Shown piece after piece: positions 38,821 to 51,820 of a stretch of DNA of 64,000 nt. Position 1 is the stretch's first letter; each line of letters opens with the position of its first letter. The stretch is from the NCBI GenBank assembly GCA_951406725.2, contig OX597814.1, forward strand, positions 169,508,001 to 169,572,000, given 5' to 3'. Source of the stretch: Octopus vulgaris (taxonomy: Eukaryota). The notes under the pieces are model-generated. The model was given only the letters and a program-made list of their open reading frames with translations, was not told the DNA's origin and did no database searches. The position numbers and the translations under genes were made by a program.

Positions 38821-39167
38821 CATGGGCAATTATGGAGTAAATTTTAGGGCTTATTAATCTAATATTTTCCTATCCTTCCTTAATACCAGTTCCCATATGC
38901 TATTCATATCTGCACTCAATCTGCTTAGGAATTTGTTGTGTCCTAGCAGATGTTCTGCTTCTTTTAGTTTTCATATTTTCCTGTGGTTTTCTCTGTCTAT
39001 TATTTTCACTTCATCTCACAGGGGAAAATTCAAGAAGTTAAATTGATAGACAGAGAACACCACTGGAAGATACGGAAACTAAAATTTATAGCAGGTCAAG
39101 CAACCACATCAGAAGTCTCTGTATTGGCTCATGCAAATGAGAGTGTGGTCAGTGTGGCTGTTGTTGT

Positions 39168-39199
<32 letters not shown>

Positions 39200-39359
39200 C
39201 AGTTGTAATTGCTGTTACTAAGGTTGCTGTTGTGAGTGATGTTGTTGCTGTGGTTGCTGTTGTTGTTGTAGCTGCTGTTATCTTTGATACTGTGGGGTTG
39301 TTGGTGTTGTTGTTTTTTAGCCCTAGGTCAATTCAGACCATACAGACTTATGACTGTGC

Positions 39360-39600
39360 CATCTTTTTATATCTTTTATTTTTCACTTGTTTTGATCATT
39401 AGACTGTGGCCATGCTGGGGCATTGCTTTGAATAGTTTTAGTCTAGCAAACTGACACCAGTATTTATAGATTTCTTTAAAGTCTGGTTTTAATTCTATCA
39501 ATGTCTTTTGCTGAACCACTAAGTTACAGAGATATAAACACACCAACACCAGTTGTTAAGTGGTTATGGGGGAACAAAGACAGAAACAAAAACACACACA
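39360..39600 (-). mobile_element. SINE family A, 3' part
   Basis: Reverse complement of the SINE A tail. Confidence 0.7.
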
Positions 39601-39608
39601 CTTATATA

Positions 39609-39770
39609 TCGGCACATCCCATAAATAATGTGTTTTTTTTCAATTGCATGAACCAAAAGTCGGAAGGAGACGGGATAAACTCCCTGCATCAATTTGCTAT
39701 GAAAGCAGGTAGTAATTTTACCTTGTTCTTATACTTTGAGCAAGTTTTGAAGAGTGTAGTTCGATTTATT
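39609..39770 (+). mobile_element. Mariner 5' end fragment, related to 52335-53615
   Basis: CATCCCATAAATAATG..TTCAATTGCATGAAC..GCAAGTTTTGAAGAGTGTAG matches the reverse complement of 53455-53615. Confidence 0.7.
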
Positions 39771-39925
39771 TGATATTTGAATATTGCATATATACCATTA
39801 TGCCTATGAAACGGATTTACAAATTCAATACACATACATATCTTATATCTATTTTCTTTCCTCCACCTCACTCTCTATTTGTATCACATCGAAACTAACT
39901 ATGACTTAATTTTTCCTCTCTCACC

Positions 39926-39977
39926 GTCTCTGATGAAGGGATATTATTAATTAATATCCTAGAAACACCTGTAAGAC
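39926..39977 (+). ncRNA. Type I hammerhead ribozyme candidate (family H7)
   Basis: GUCU CUGAUGA A GGGAUAUUA UUAAU UAAUAUCCU A GAAA CACCUGU A AGAC. Confidence 0.7.
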
Positions 39978-40194
39978 CTTCTATCTATAAATGCTCTAAT
40001 ATCTATACACCCTTGGTTTTTTATCTTATTACGCAAATAATTCTTATATACACATGCTGACATAGAAACAACGTTGAACCCTTTATTCGCAATATTACCA
40101 AATCTGGAACTTAACTATGGTCTGCCTATAGCACTTATTCAACATTACCTGACACCTTTGGGTCTCAATGACACCATTATTTCCTATATATATT

Positions 40195-40610
40195 TATTCT
40201 TTTATTCTTTTACTTGTTTCAGCCATGCTGGAGCACTGCCTTTAATTGAGCAAATCAACACCAGGACTTTGTAAGCCTAGTACTTTTTCTATCATTCTCT
40301 TTTGCCAAATTGCTAAGTTACAGGGATGTAAACACACCAGCATCAATTGTCAAGCAATGTTGTGGGGACAAACACAGACACACAAACACACACACACATA
40401 TATGATGGGCTTCTTTCAGTTTCCATCTAGCAATCCATTCAAGGCTTTGGTCGGCCTGAGGCTATAGTAGAAGACATTTGCCCAAGGTGCCATGCAGTGG
40501 GACTGAACCCAGAACCATGTGGTTGGTAAGCAAGCTGCTTACCACACAGCCACTTCTGTGACTATAGCCACTCTTGTGCCTATAGCTACTCCTGCTCCTA
40601 TAGCCACTCT
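40195..40610 (-). mobile_element. SINE family A, with an 18-bp tandem repeat at its 5' end
   Basis: Reverse complement of SINE A; (C/T)AGCCACTYYTGYKMCTA is repeated about four times. Confidence 0.8.
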
Positions 40611-40629
40611 TACACACACACGCACACAC

Positions 40630-40662
<33 letters not shown>

Positions 40663-41699
40663 ATAAAACTTATATATAAAGAACGTGAAATTCACGAATT
40701 GACAAACACGGAAAAACGGACAGTAATTCAGAGCCTTCATTCTTCAGTCAGAAACCGATTCATCATGGCAAATTTCGGCTGTTTAATTCTGAGATTTGCT
40801 CCGAAAAGGCCAGTCCCAAGGAAAAGCTAAGCTATGGGCATTAGATTTGCTTGGTAGAAGGAAAGAATGTGACAACAGAGACGAATAGGAAAACAAGAGA
40901 CGAAGATAAAATTGGAAACAGTAACGAATAAAAACAGGAATGATACGGGGGCGTCTTACGACTTTGAGACAAAATGAGACAAAACAATTGATCAGCAAGC
41001 GTGGGAAGCGGTTACCTTTTCGGTAGAGGATACATGTGTTGTACAGGCGGCTGTCAGCAGTGGAATACAGCGGGCTTCTTTCAGTTTCCATCTACCAAAT
41101 CCACTCACAAAGCTTTGGTTGGCTCAAGGCTATAGTTGAAGACACTTGCCCAAGGTGCCACATAGTGGAGCTGATCTCAGAATGATGTGATTGGGAAGCA
41201 AGCTTCATACCACACATCTACACCTGCACCTATTGATGGATATTTGGTTGTTATTTCTAGCAGGTTCAGCAACCATATAGAAGCTCCTATATTCTGTATC
41301 TGCTGCTGATGCCATAGTTGATATTTTTATTGTTATTATTGTTGCAGTTGTTGTTGATCATAAATTAGCTGTGATTACTGCTGTTGTCTGTTTGAAGTAC
41401 CACAACTAGCGCCAAGCTGGAGCTTTGCTCTCTCTGTTACTGAATTTGTGTGTGTGAGTGCTATGTTTGTGTATATGTGTGTGTGTGTACATGTGTATGT
41501 GAATGTGTGTGGATGTGTGCATATGTGTGTGTGTGTATGTGTGTATGTGTGTGAATATGAGTGTGTGTGTATGTGTGTGTGTGCATGTGTGTGTTTGTGA
41601 ATGTGTGTGAATATGAGTGTGTTTTAGTGAGTTTGTAGTTGCAATTGTTCTTTTATATTGTTTTTGTTTTTTGGCCTTGAATTTTGTTGCCAAGCTTGA

Positions 41700-42263
41700 C
41701 ATCGCTGCTGCTACTGCTACTGCCGCTGCTGCTGCTGCTGCTGCTGCTGCTGATGGTGGTGGTGGTGGTGGTGGTTATGATGATAGTGGTGATGGTGGTG
41801 GTGATATTGGTGCTAGTGGTGCTGGTGAAGGTGGTGGTGGTGGCGGGTATGTTGATGATGATGATAGTGGTGGTGGTGATGGTGGTGGTGGTGGTGGTGG
41901 TGATGGTGGTGCTGGTGGTGGTGATGATGATGATGATGATGATGAGGAGGAGGAGGAGGTTACTTGTTGTTGTTCTCTTTGTTGCCGTCGTATTATTACA
42001 TGCATTGGAGAGAGTGACTAATGCAAACTACAGAATCAATACATCAGTGGGAATCAAGTGCATAACATCACTTAAGGACTTCAAAACAACAAGAGGAGCA
42101 GCAACAGCAAGAACAACAGTTGTAGCAACAGGAGAAACAGCAGCAGTAGCAGCAACAGCAACAGCAGCAACAACAATAGAAGAAACAGCAGCAGCAGCAG
42201 TAGCAACAGCACCAACTGCAGCAACAGCAGTAATAAAAACAGTAATGAGGACAGCAACAGCAG

Positions 42264-42295
<32 letters not shown>

Positions 42296-42548
42296 ACAGT
42301 AGCAGCAGCAGCAGCAGCAACAACAGCAGCAACAGCAGCAGCAGCAACTACAACAACTACAACAACAGCAGCAGCAACAACAGCAACAACAGAGGCAACA
42401 GCGACAGCAACAGCAGCAGTAGCAACAACAGCAATATCAGAAACAGCTACAGAAGTAAGAGCCACAATAGGAGCAATGGCAGCAGCAACAGCAGCAGAAG
42501 TCGCAGCAGCAGCAACAACAGCAGCAATGACAGCCACAACAGTAGCAG
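41700..42548. repeat. Compound trinucleotide tract (GGT/GAT then GCA/ACA)
   Basis: Direct reading; explains the 300-aa low-complexity ORF. Confidence 0.9.
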
Positions 42549-42989
42549 TAGGACAAATGAACAAACGCACGATGTCTAGCATCTAACAGATTATAACCAC
42601 TCACCATCTTCGCGAACATCGTAATATTTCTATCAACTTACATGTTTTTGATATCACAAGGTGGCCTCTTCTTTCATTTTCTCCATTCTTTCTGTTTCGC
42701 GTTTCCAGAAGCATAATGCCATTCAGTGTTTCTGGATTTATTGCTCATTGCTATCTGCTACAGAAGAAGAAAAAAAATTTTTTTTAAATTAAAAAAATAA
42801 AGAAAATTTTTCTTAAAGAAACATGCTTTTAAAAATAGATATTTTATGTAAATAAACGTGTGAATAAACAGCAGCAAGCTAAGGGTGTGTGTCATGAGTA
42901 GATAGTTTCAGAATGTAACTTTACTATAAGGTTTCAGAAAATAAAATCTTGGAATGATTTTCAAATAAAAATCTGGTAAGTGGAAGTGG

Positions 42990-43510
42990 AATCGATGTCC
43001 AATATTTTAAATCTGGGTTTGACCCCATTAACAGGGGTGGTTGGATCTACCTCACTCTCACAGCAACCACTCTCATGCCATCTCACCATCTCATACCATC
43101 TCAGCTGGTTTGGGGCAGCCTCCCTCCTCCAAGCCAACCCTCTCAATCTCCTCTTCCACCTGTCCCCTCTGTGTTTTCTTTGGTCGATCTCGCTTTCGCA
43201 GTTCATTCACTTTAAACTCAAGCACTCTCCTCAGAACTTGATCCTAATTCTCCCTCAACACATGTCCATACCACTGCACCCCATTCATCCTTGCCAGCCA
43301 TTCCACCAAATCCTCCAGCCCTAGCATCCCCATTAAGTCCTCAACTTTCCTTTTACCCAATAGTTTCGCACCACACACTGCTCGCACCATTGCTCTCTCG
43401 GTCCTTTTCAAAATTGCCATTTTGCTTTCCCTCAGACACCATGTCTCACTCTCATACAGCATTGCAGATCTCATGCAAATCCGATAAACCCATCCTTTCA
43501 TCTTCATCAA
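42990..43510 (-). mobile_element. RTE LINE 3' fragment (different subfamily)
   Basis: KGWVYRICMRSAMLYESETWCL..ILKRTERAMVR..QWYGHVLR. Confidence 0.8.
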
Positions 43511-43794
43511 CATAAAAATATTTTTATAGATATTTTTAGGGTACATTTGGTGCGTGGAAAATGTGGATTAAGTCAATTAACTGCATAGTTTATATCCTAG
43601 ACTATCTTGCAAGTAGAATAGGTTTTTCTAGATAGGAACAAGAGAGCATATAAACATATCTAACTTAAACAACAACACGTAAGAAGTGGTTAGCAGTGAC
43701 CTCACAAAGTATTGATCTAAGTCCAAGAACCAAACGTTAAAAGTTAACTTGATCAGTAGATTAAATAATTTCTTGTGTGGAACTTTCTGAACTA

Positions 43795-43985
43795 TTTCGT
43801 TTTTGGATTTGGTTTACAAGATTCTTTATATGAGTTCGTGTGTTGAAGCATATTCTGTTGTGTCTGGGGAGAGTCATTTTCTTTTTTTGCCTTATAATTT
43901 AACACACTCACCGGTAAAATTTCCACTATATTCTTGTTTTTATTTTCCTAAAATTTTCGTTGCATCTTGCAACCTTTTCAATAGT
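43795..43985 (-). mobile_element. Family H2 copy
   Basis: Colinear with 13637-13825 and shares the same two ends. Confidence 0.8.
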
Positions 43986-44329
43986 TTTGACTCTGAACTA
44001 TGAAATGGCATAAGTCTATACATATTTCATTGTTTTAGAAATACCATCCATCCATCCATACACTTTCTTTGCCCACTACTATTCCTAAGAGGGTAGAGTC
44101 ATCAAGCACCTCTTCCATAGAATTCTATCAGAAGTAACCATTATTATATTTTCCTGTGGAACTCCCAAGCATGAACAACTGAGACTGTGGATATTACCTG
44201 TCTCACTCTTGTTCTATCCTTAGGTCTCTTGCTGGTTGGCTTGGCTGGAAGAATCTTCTTGTGATCCTTTCCTGTGGTATTCTAACCACTAAAAACAAAA
44301 GGACATACTTTTGTCTTTGCCTGAATTAT

Positions 44330-44670
44330 AAAAAGTAAAGACCCCCTTCGGTCATGAATGACTATGGGATTGCACCTAGGAAGTTACCCTCCAAGGTAAA
44401 AGTCAAAGCAAGGTTGTTTATGGAGGGCCAGCAGTTGCCAATGCATACCAGTCTCCCCCTCTTTATATCACCGATGTTATCCAAGGGAAAGGCAAGGGCC
44501 AATACACCTCAGTACCAGTGACATTGCAACACATATCTACAGCTGAGTGAACTGGAGCAACATGAAATAGAGTGTCTTCCTCAAGAACACAACACACAGC
44601 CCAGTATAGGAATTGAACTCACTAACTTATGATTGTGAGTCCGACTCTCTAACCACTGAGCCATGTATAC
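44330..44670 (-). mobile_element. SINE family C-related element
   Basis: Minus head TGGCTCAGTGGTTAGAG..GAGTTCAATTCC and GTGTTCTTGAGG..GCTCCAGTTCACTCAGCTG. Confidence 0.7.
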
Positions 44671-46640
44671 CTGAACTATAATAAATAATTATTTGCATTG
44701 ATCCAACCACATATCTGAAGGACCAATGTAAATAGATCAGCTAGAAAATAGAAAGAGGCAGGTGTAATTGAAATAAATATAAAAGTTCTGTTTCTGAGTA
44801 TTTTGATTAAAGATTAATCTTTACCTGCTAGCTAATGTGTTTGAGATTTCTAGAAGCTTAACTCTGGAATACAACAGCTTAGACATGGTAAATTATATTA
44901 GCAATCCTTCTTTCACTTTGAATTCTGCTCTTAAGAAAATCCAAGTAAGTCTCCTATGCCACAAAAATCCAGAAATGTATAAGTTTGGACAGGAAATCTG
45001 AAACAGAATCATCACTATTGTAAAATTTCTGTTTTCAATACGAGTATGGGTTGGACACATTGACAGGAGCCGGTGAGACAGAGGATTGTGCCAACTTCCA
45101 GTTTCTGCTTTGCCAAGGTTTCTATGGCTGTATGCCTTTCCTAATGCAAATCACTTTACAGCATCGACTGGGTGTTTTTTTACACCAGCACCAATGGGGT
45201 TACCAAGTACTCATAAGACAACGCCTCTCAACTAAGGTGGTTATAGGGTTGAGGGATGTGACTTTATACAAGGGGATGAAAGGTTAAAATATAGATGTTT
45301 TGTATTAGAGAAGATACAAAGCTACCCCAGTTGGAAAAAGAGAGAAGATGGTGGTGGAGAGGTTTCAAATTACAGAAAATTGAATAAAAGAGAAGTGGTC
45401 CAAATGAATTGGACTGGGTAGAGTAAGAAATCCATAATCTCTCCCTTCCAATCAATCTCATTTAGTGTGTTGGTGGCATGTAAAAAGCACCCACTACACT
45501 CTCTCAGAGTTGTTGGTGTTAGGAAGGGCATCCAGCTGTAGAAACTCTGCCAGATCAAGACTGAAGCCTGGTCATTCATCCAACCCATGCTAGCATGGAA
45601 AGCAGATGTTAAACGATGATGATGATGATGATATTAATAACCTTTACCTGTAGAACTTCCCAACCCGGGAAGTGTAGCAAGTCTGTAAGTTTTATAGATG
45701 TAAGGGTCTATAGAAGAAAGACCCAACCATTTAAATTCCTCAATAGATTCCGATTTCATTTTAAGCTGAACCCTAAATATATGAAACTTAAAATTTCCAA
45801 CATTAAGTGGATGCTGTAATGCATTGTTACAAAAGCAACTAAGATACACAAGGCAAATAAATTATCTCTCCTGATGTACAAGCCTAATACAAAGTAAATT
45901 TGTTTTTGTGATCTAACATTGGGAATGTGACCATATTAATTTAAATTTTATATTTGTGCTGTAGTTTTGATTAACGGGCATGATGTTGAAGTAGAAAGTT
46001 AACACAATAAAATATTTCCTATCTGGTTAAATGTCCTGGTTTGCATTAATGAGGACAGTTAACATTATAGTGTCTATAATATATTAGTAATAATTTGTTT
46101 CATTCAACTGATCTTATGAGAAAAATATTAATTAAACCCAATTATCATATGACAAGTTTTAATTTGCCAAAACAAAGAAACAGACCGGCAAGCTTATTAA
46201 TTAACATGCTACAAAAATGAAGTCTGCCTGCTTACCATTGCCATTCAACTTCATTATGGTAATATGTTTAATTTAAAGTGTATTGCATCTCAGAAATTTC
46301 CTGAGTATTGGATCAACCCTAAAAATTCAGTTATTCATAAAAACTGAAGGCGGTATAGTACTATAATAATAAAGCTAGTATGAAATAATTCATTCAGAAT
46401 TGATAGCTTGCATGTACTTAATGCAAAGCTCTTGAATATGCAGAGATTGTAGCATATGATACTCTAGCTATGAAGTTAACCAACTTCTGTTTATATACTT
46501 GAAAAAGCATGAACATAATAAATCCCATTTTTCGTGTTTTTTCCTAAAACATGCAGTCTTCGACACACCTTATTGTCTTAGAATAAAAGATGAACAAACC
46601 AGTTAATATACTCCTAGATACACTGTTTGAAACAAATTTA

Positions 46641-47978
46641 CGAGGTGGTATCAAAAAGTTCCAGAACTAGTAATGTTTAATAAAAAATAAGTTATTTACC
46701 TAAATTTTAACATCATCTGTGAAATATTCACCTTGTGCAGCAATACACCTGTCCCAGCTTTCCTGCTACTTTTGGAGTTCGGCCTGGAAGTAATTTTCTG
46801 AAAGTGAGTCAAGGACCATCTGTGATTTGCTCTGGATTTTGACAATGGTGTTAAAACAGCGACTTTTGAGTTGCATTTTCATCTTGGATTCAGAGATGAA
46901 GTCCACAGGTGCTAAATCTGGTGAATAGGGCAGGTGCAGAAGTGATAACATACTTTTTTACTCTTTTACTCCTTTACTTGTTTCAGTCATTTGACTGCGG
47001 CCATGCTGGAGCACTGCCTTTAGTCGAGCAAATCGACCCCAGGACTTATTCTTTGTAAGCCTAGTACTTATTCTATTGGTCTCTTTTGCCAAACCGCTAA
47101 GTTACAGGGACGTAAACACACCAGCATCGGTTGTCAAGCGATGTTGGGGAGAACAAACACAGACACACAAACATGTACGTACACATACACATATATACGA
47201 TGGGCTTCTTTCAGTTTCCGTCTCCCAAATCCACTCACAAGGCTTTGGTTGGCTATGGTAGAAGACACATGCCCAAGGTGCCATGCAGTGGGACTGAACC
47301 CGGAACCATGTGGTTCATAAGCAAGCTATTTACCACACAGCCACTCCTGTGCCTACAGGTGAGAAACTTATAATTGAGGTGAGTTTGGTGACAGGGTGCA
47401 ATGTTGTGAAGAATCCAATTTTTTCAGCTGCACATATCTGGTCACTTTTGCTGAATGCCCTCCTTTAAATGCTTCAAAACACCACAGTAGAACTCTCGAT
47501 TGATGGTCTGGCCCTGGGGTCAAATTATTGATTCACAATACCACATTTCTTGGGCTGACGCTTGTGATAGGTCTTCTAGATCACTCATTGTCTTCCAGGA
47601 ACGTTCTTTCTCTTTTGAAGCACCCGTGTCACTCAAAATATTGTGTACAGCTCATTGCCTCATTGCCGTAAGTTTGACAAAGCGACAAAGCATGCTCAAT
47701 GTCTCTGTAACAGATTTCCCAAGTTTAAAGCAATATTTCACTTTGGCTGTAAGTGAGTCAAGGACCTTCTGTGATTTGCTGTCCATCATGACATTGCAGA
47801 CTCCAGCATACACATGAACAAAAAAAAACAAATTTTCCAACTCGAAAAGTAAACACTAATGTCACTCAGCACACTACCTCTTGATAGTCACTGCCAGCTC
47901 TCACTGAGTGCACAATCATGTGCTGCCATCTGTTGGTGCACTACGGAACCAACCCAAGAACTTTTTGATACCACTTTG
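46641..47978 (-). mobile_element. Internally deleted mariner with nested SINE A (46955-47357)
   Basis: TA-CGAGGTGGTATCAAAAAGTTC / GAACTTTTTGATACCACTTTG-TA TIRs; LHLPYSPDLAPVDF; KYCFKLGKSVTETLSML. Confidence 0.85.
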
Positions 47979-48666
47979 TAAGCTGGTCATAGAATGATTT
48001 TGCTCATTACTCTGCTGGATCAGAGCTAACGTTGGTCTAAGCAACAAGAGCAACAACAGAGATAGTCTTTTTCAATCAGAGTTTCTTTGGACAGCAACAG
48101 TCTCCTGAAGAACTGTGGTATCAATGCAGTTTCAATTCTAGCTTGATCCATTCCACTTCACATCCATTGCTAATGTTTCATTGACAAGATATCTGTAAAT
48201 TGCAGCATGCCATTTCCCTAATCAGAAACATTTAGGTCTTGTGTCTGAGTTAAGGGGATGACTCTTGTAATTAACGAAGATGAGCCACTTTGAGGATTTC
48301 AACAAGGAACAACCCAATACTTTACATCAATCTAATACTTTACATCAGTACACTTCTTGATCCTACTAGTGCTCTTCAACACACACTCAATATGATAAAC
48401 AGATTACCAAAAAGATAAGTACTGTCATCATTGTTTTAATGTCCACATTTCCAGGTTTGCATGAATTGGATGTAGTTTACTGAGGCTGATTTTCTGCAGA
48501 CAGTTGCTCTTTCTGTTGCCAAACTGGTTCCAAGCAAGGTATTAGTTTTCCTATGCCCAGACAAGTTCTCATAGAATACTGGAAATGAATGACACTGCTT
48601 GTATGACAGTGATACTCATTTACAACTATCATGCAATATCAAAACAAGCAAACACTAAAATACATG

Positions 48667-48699
<33 letters not shown>

Positions 48700-49062
48700 T
48701 AACACACATACACTCATACTCACACACATACGTGCACACACTTACATTCACACACATACACTCATACTAACATACATATGCACACACATGATGGGCTACT
48801 TTCAGTTTCCATCTACCAAGCTAACTCACAAGGCTTTGATTGGCCCAGGGTCGTAGTATAAGACACTTGACTAAGGTGCACAGGGTAGGACTGAACCTGT
48901 AACCTTGTTGTTGGGAACCAAACTTCTTAACCACAGAGTCACATTTGTGCCTAAGTTGCACCTGCCTCCATACAAACATAATTTTACATATACACTATGA
49001 AAAATTTACTTTATAAACATAGATAACATTATATACAGACTATGATAACACCATATACAGAC

Positions 49063-49235
49063 TAGGCATAGGAGCGGCTGTGTGGTAAGTAGCTTGCTTA
49101 CCAACCACATGGTTCTGGGTTCAGTCCCACTGCGTGGCACCTAGGGCAAGTGTCTTCTACTATAACCTCGGGCCAACAAAAGCCTTGTGAGTGGATTTGG
49201 TAAACGGAAACTGAAAGAAGCCCGTCGTATATATG

Positions 49236-49291
<56 letters not shown>

Positions 49292-49497
49292 TGTGTCTGT
49301 GTTTGTCCCCCCAACATCGCTTGATGACTGATGCTGGTGTGTTTACATCCCCGTAACTTAACTTAGCGGTTCAGCAAAAGAGACCAATAGAATAAGTACT
49401 AGGCTTACAAAGAGTAAGTCCTGGGGTCGATTTGCTCGACTAAAGGCAGTGCTCCAGCATGGCCACAGTCAAATGACTGAAACAAGTAAAAGAGAGT
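49063..49497 (+). mobile_element. SINE family A, full length
   Basis: Complete head, (TA)n(TG)n and tail, as in 21925-22311. Confidence 0.9.
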
Positions 49498-50099
49498 ATG
49501 AATACAAAATTCTCTCATGAGCTCAGACATGGTACCACATACACACGATAAGTAATACATGTGTCCATACACATCATACACATAACTGCAGATGCAATCT
49601 CAAATACACAGATACAATCTTGTCAAAATTATTGTTTAAAACATTTATTCACTGTCAGTTTTTGTAAACATTTGAACTATGACATATTGTAGTGTTGCAT
49701 GTATAAGAGCTTTTTTTTTTTTTTTTGGAAACATGAACTGGTATACTTCTACAATATAATTCTTTCCTATCTTTTATTCCCTGCTGAGCGTTATCATGCT
49801 TCAATTATGTTTTACTGAACATATTCAACTGCACACATTCTGTTGTATTTAATGTACTTTGCATAACTTTGTGTTGGCTGCTGGTCATCTTGTGTGATTA
49901 ACATAATATTACTTGAAGCAATAAACTAGTCATCATGATTGTCATCAGAGACTTTGCTTTCTACTGTTTGTTCCTGGTGGACCAACCAGATGTTTCATCT
50001 CATTTCATTCCATTTTTATGTCCACATTTGTATGTGTTTAGATTTGCTGTGAAATTAGACCCACAATGGTTTTTAAGTAATCTGGAATAAGTATCCCAT

Positions 50100-50525
50100 T
50101 TATTTAAGCCCTTTGCTCCCTATGGAGAATAAGCCATCAATGAGTTTTCTCTGCTTTTCTCCATTTGGATCCCTGCTTTTTCAGCTCTGCCTCAGTATCC
50201 CACCTCCAGCTACTTTTAGAGTATCCTCTCTTCTGCCTCTCTTATAGCTTTCAGGTTATATGTTTCCCTGAGAGAAGGCTTTCCTCCCCCAGGTCCTGTT
50301 GGTTTTTAATTGTCATCTACGCTTCTCTAGTTTTTGCCTCTATTCTAGGAAGGGTTGTTGACCCTACACAAATCCATTTCTAGCTCTGGGATGAGGCTGT
50401 CCATATTAGCCTGGTCTCTGTCCTTTGATCTGTGTAGCACAAGAGGCCTTACTAGGAGCTTGTACTCCCCTAGCTTAGTTCTCAGGGTCTTTGGGGCACA
50501 CAAGTAACCACATCACAAGAAGGAC
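50100..50525 (-). mobile_element. Degenerate bipartite RTE-like element (5' UTR-like part ~50340-50525)
   Basis: Minus strand CTTGTGTGCCCCAAAGACCCTGAGAACTAAGC..GCTCCTAGTAAGG..GTAGGGTCAACAACCCT resembles recalled RTE 5' UTRs. Confidence 0.35.
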
Positions 50526-51776
50526 TGAACCATATGGTGGGAAATGAGGATCAAGCTGGTAAAAAAGGTAGGATGGCCATGAGTGGAATCTGAGGCAGCA
50601 AACTCACCCATTTAGCATCAGATTATTCAAAAGTAAGACTTATTTATTCATATTGTTTTGAGTTAATCATGCATTATCTCGTAACTTTGAGATTTTTATG
50701 AGGTAGCTGCTAATTTTTAGAATGATATTGTGGGGTTGGGGTGAGGGGTCAGATCAGGCCAGTTTGAACATGAAACAGGCAGAATATATTAGCTGGATAT
50801 GGCTGGTTTAAATGCTAAAAGGTTAACAAGTGTATCTGTGTACAGCATCGGTTTGATAGGTGAGAATGCACTTCCATCAAAGATGGTAAATTTTCACTAC
50901 CACCATCATCATCATCATCCTTTTCCATGCTGGCATGGGCTGTACGGTTTGACAGGAGCTGACAATGTTGAAAGACTGCACCAAGCTATATTGTCTGCTT
51001 TACCATGGTTCCTATGGCTGGATGCCCTTCCTAACACCAACTACATTACAGAGTGTACTGGGTGCTTTTTTTTTATTTCTTTGCAATTATTCAGTTCTTG
51101 GAGCATTGCAATTTATTCTGGCGGTAATTTGTTTTCAAATCAAATAATACACGCAAATCAAAAAAGATCAAGTCAAGCTGAAGTCAAATTATACACAGAA
51201 ATAGCTTAAAGTTTGTATACTTGTGTATATGTCAGAAAAATAGATTTGATAGATTCAACATTACAGCACACCCTGTGACAGTAACCAACAGACACCACTA
51301 ACAAACACAATATTAACAATAATATAATTAAAAAAAAACAACTTTGTATAAAGCAAATAGTTATATCAGGAAAATGTAGAAAAGAATATGATCATAGGCT
51401 TACAGCAAATTGGGTTAATGTTGAAGAAGAAGTCAACAATATTTGAAGTCAAAATACAGACGATGGTGAGTTATTTAGTAGAGTTATTAAACGATGTGTC
51501 ATTTTAATGGGTATTTTGTACAGACATCTAATATAGTGTTTGTGTGAGTATGTTTGTGTGTATGTGCATGTGTGCGTGAGTATGTGTGCGCCGACATGCG
51601 TATGTGTGTGTGTATGCATAAAATTTGTGGACTATTGAATTTTCTTGAATGTTGGTGCGACTTCTTCAGTTTGATCTATTTGATAAAATTGTTCTTCAAT
51701 TTGACACATTTGATGTAAATTGTTCGCCAAAGATGTTTAAAATGAAGTTAAACATTATCTTAAACATCTCACTCCA

Positions 51777-51820
<44 letters not shown>

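Larger units (their letters stand above)
38565..39083 (-). mobile_element. Penelope-like element 3' end: GIY-YIG C-terminus, tRNA-like segment, hammerhead, plus a short inverted copy (family H6)
   Basis: Minus frame 39015-38854 reads DEVKIIDRENHRKI*KLKEAEHLL...SADMNSIWELVL*. Plus strand 39031-39083 reads QEVKLIDREHHWKIRKLK. A-box TGGCGTAGTGG at 38804-38814; HHR at 38652-38695. Confidence 0.7.

Noticed and set aside
41684-42586. 300-aa ORF and overlapping antisense ORFs
   Set aside because: They are made of stop-free trinucleotide repeats, with no domain or splice support.
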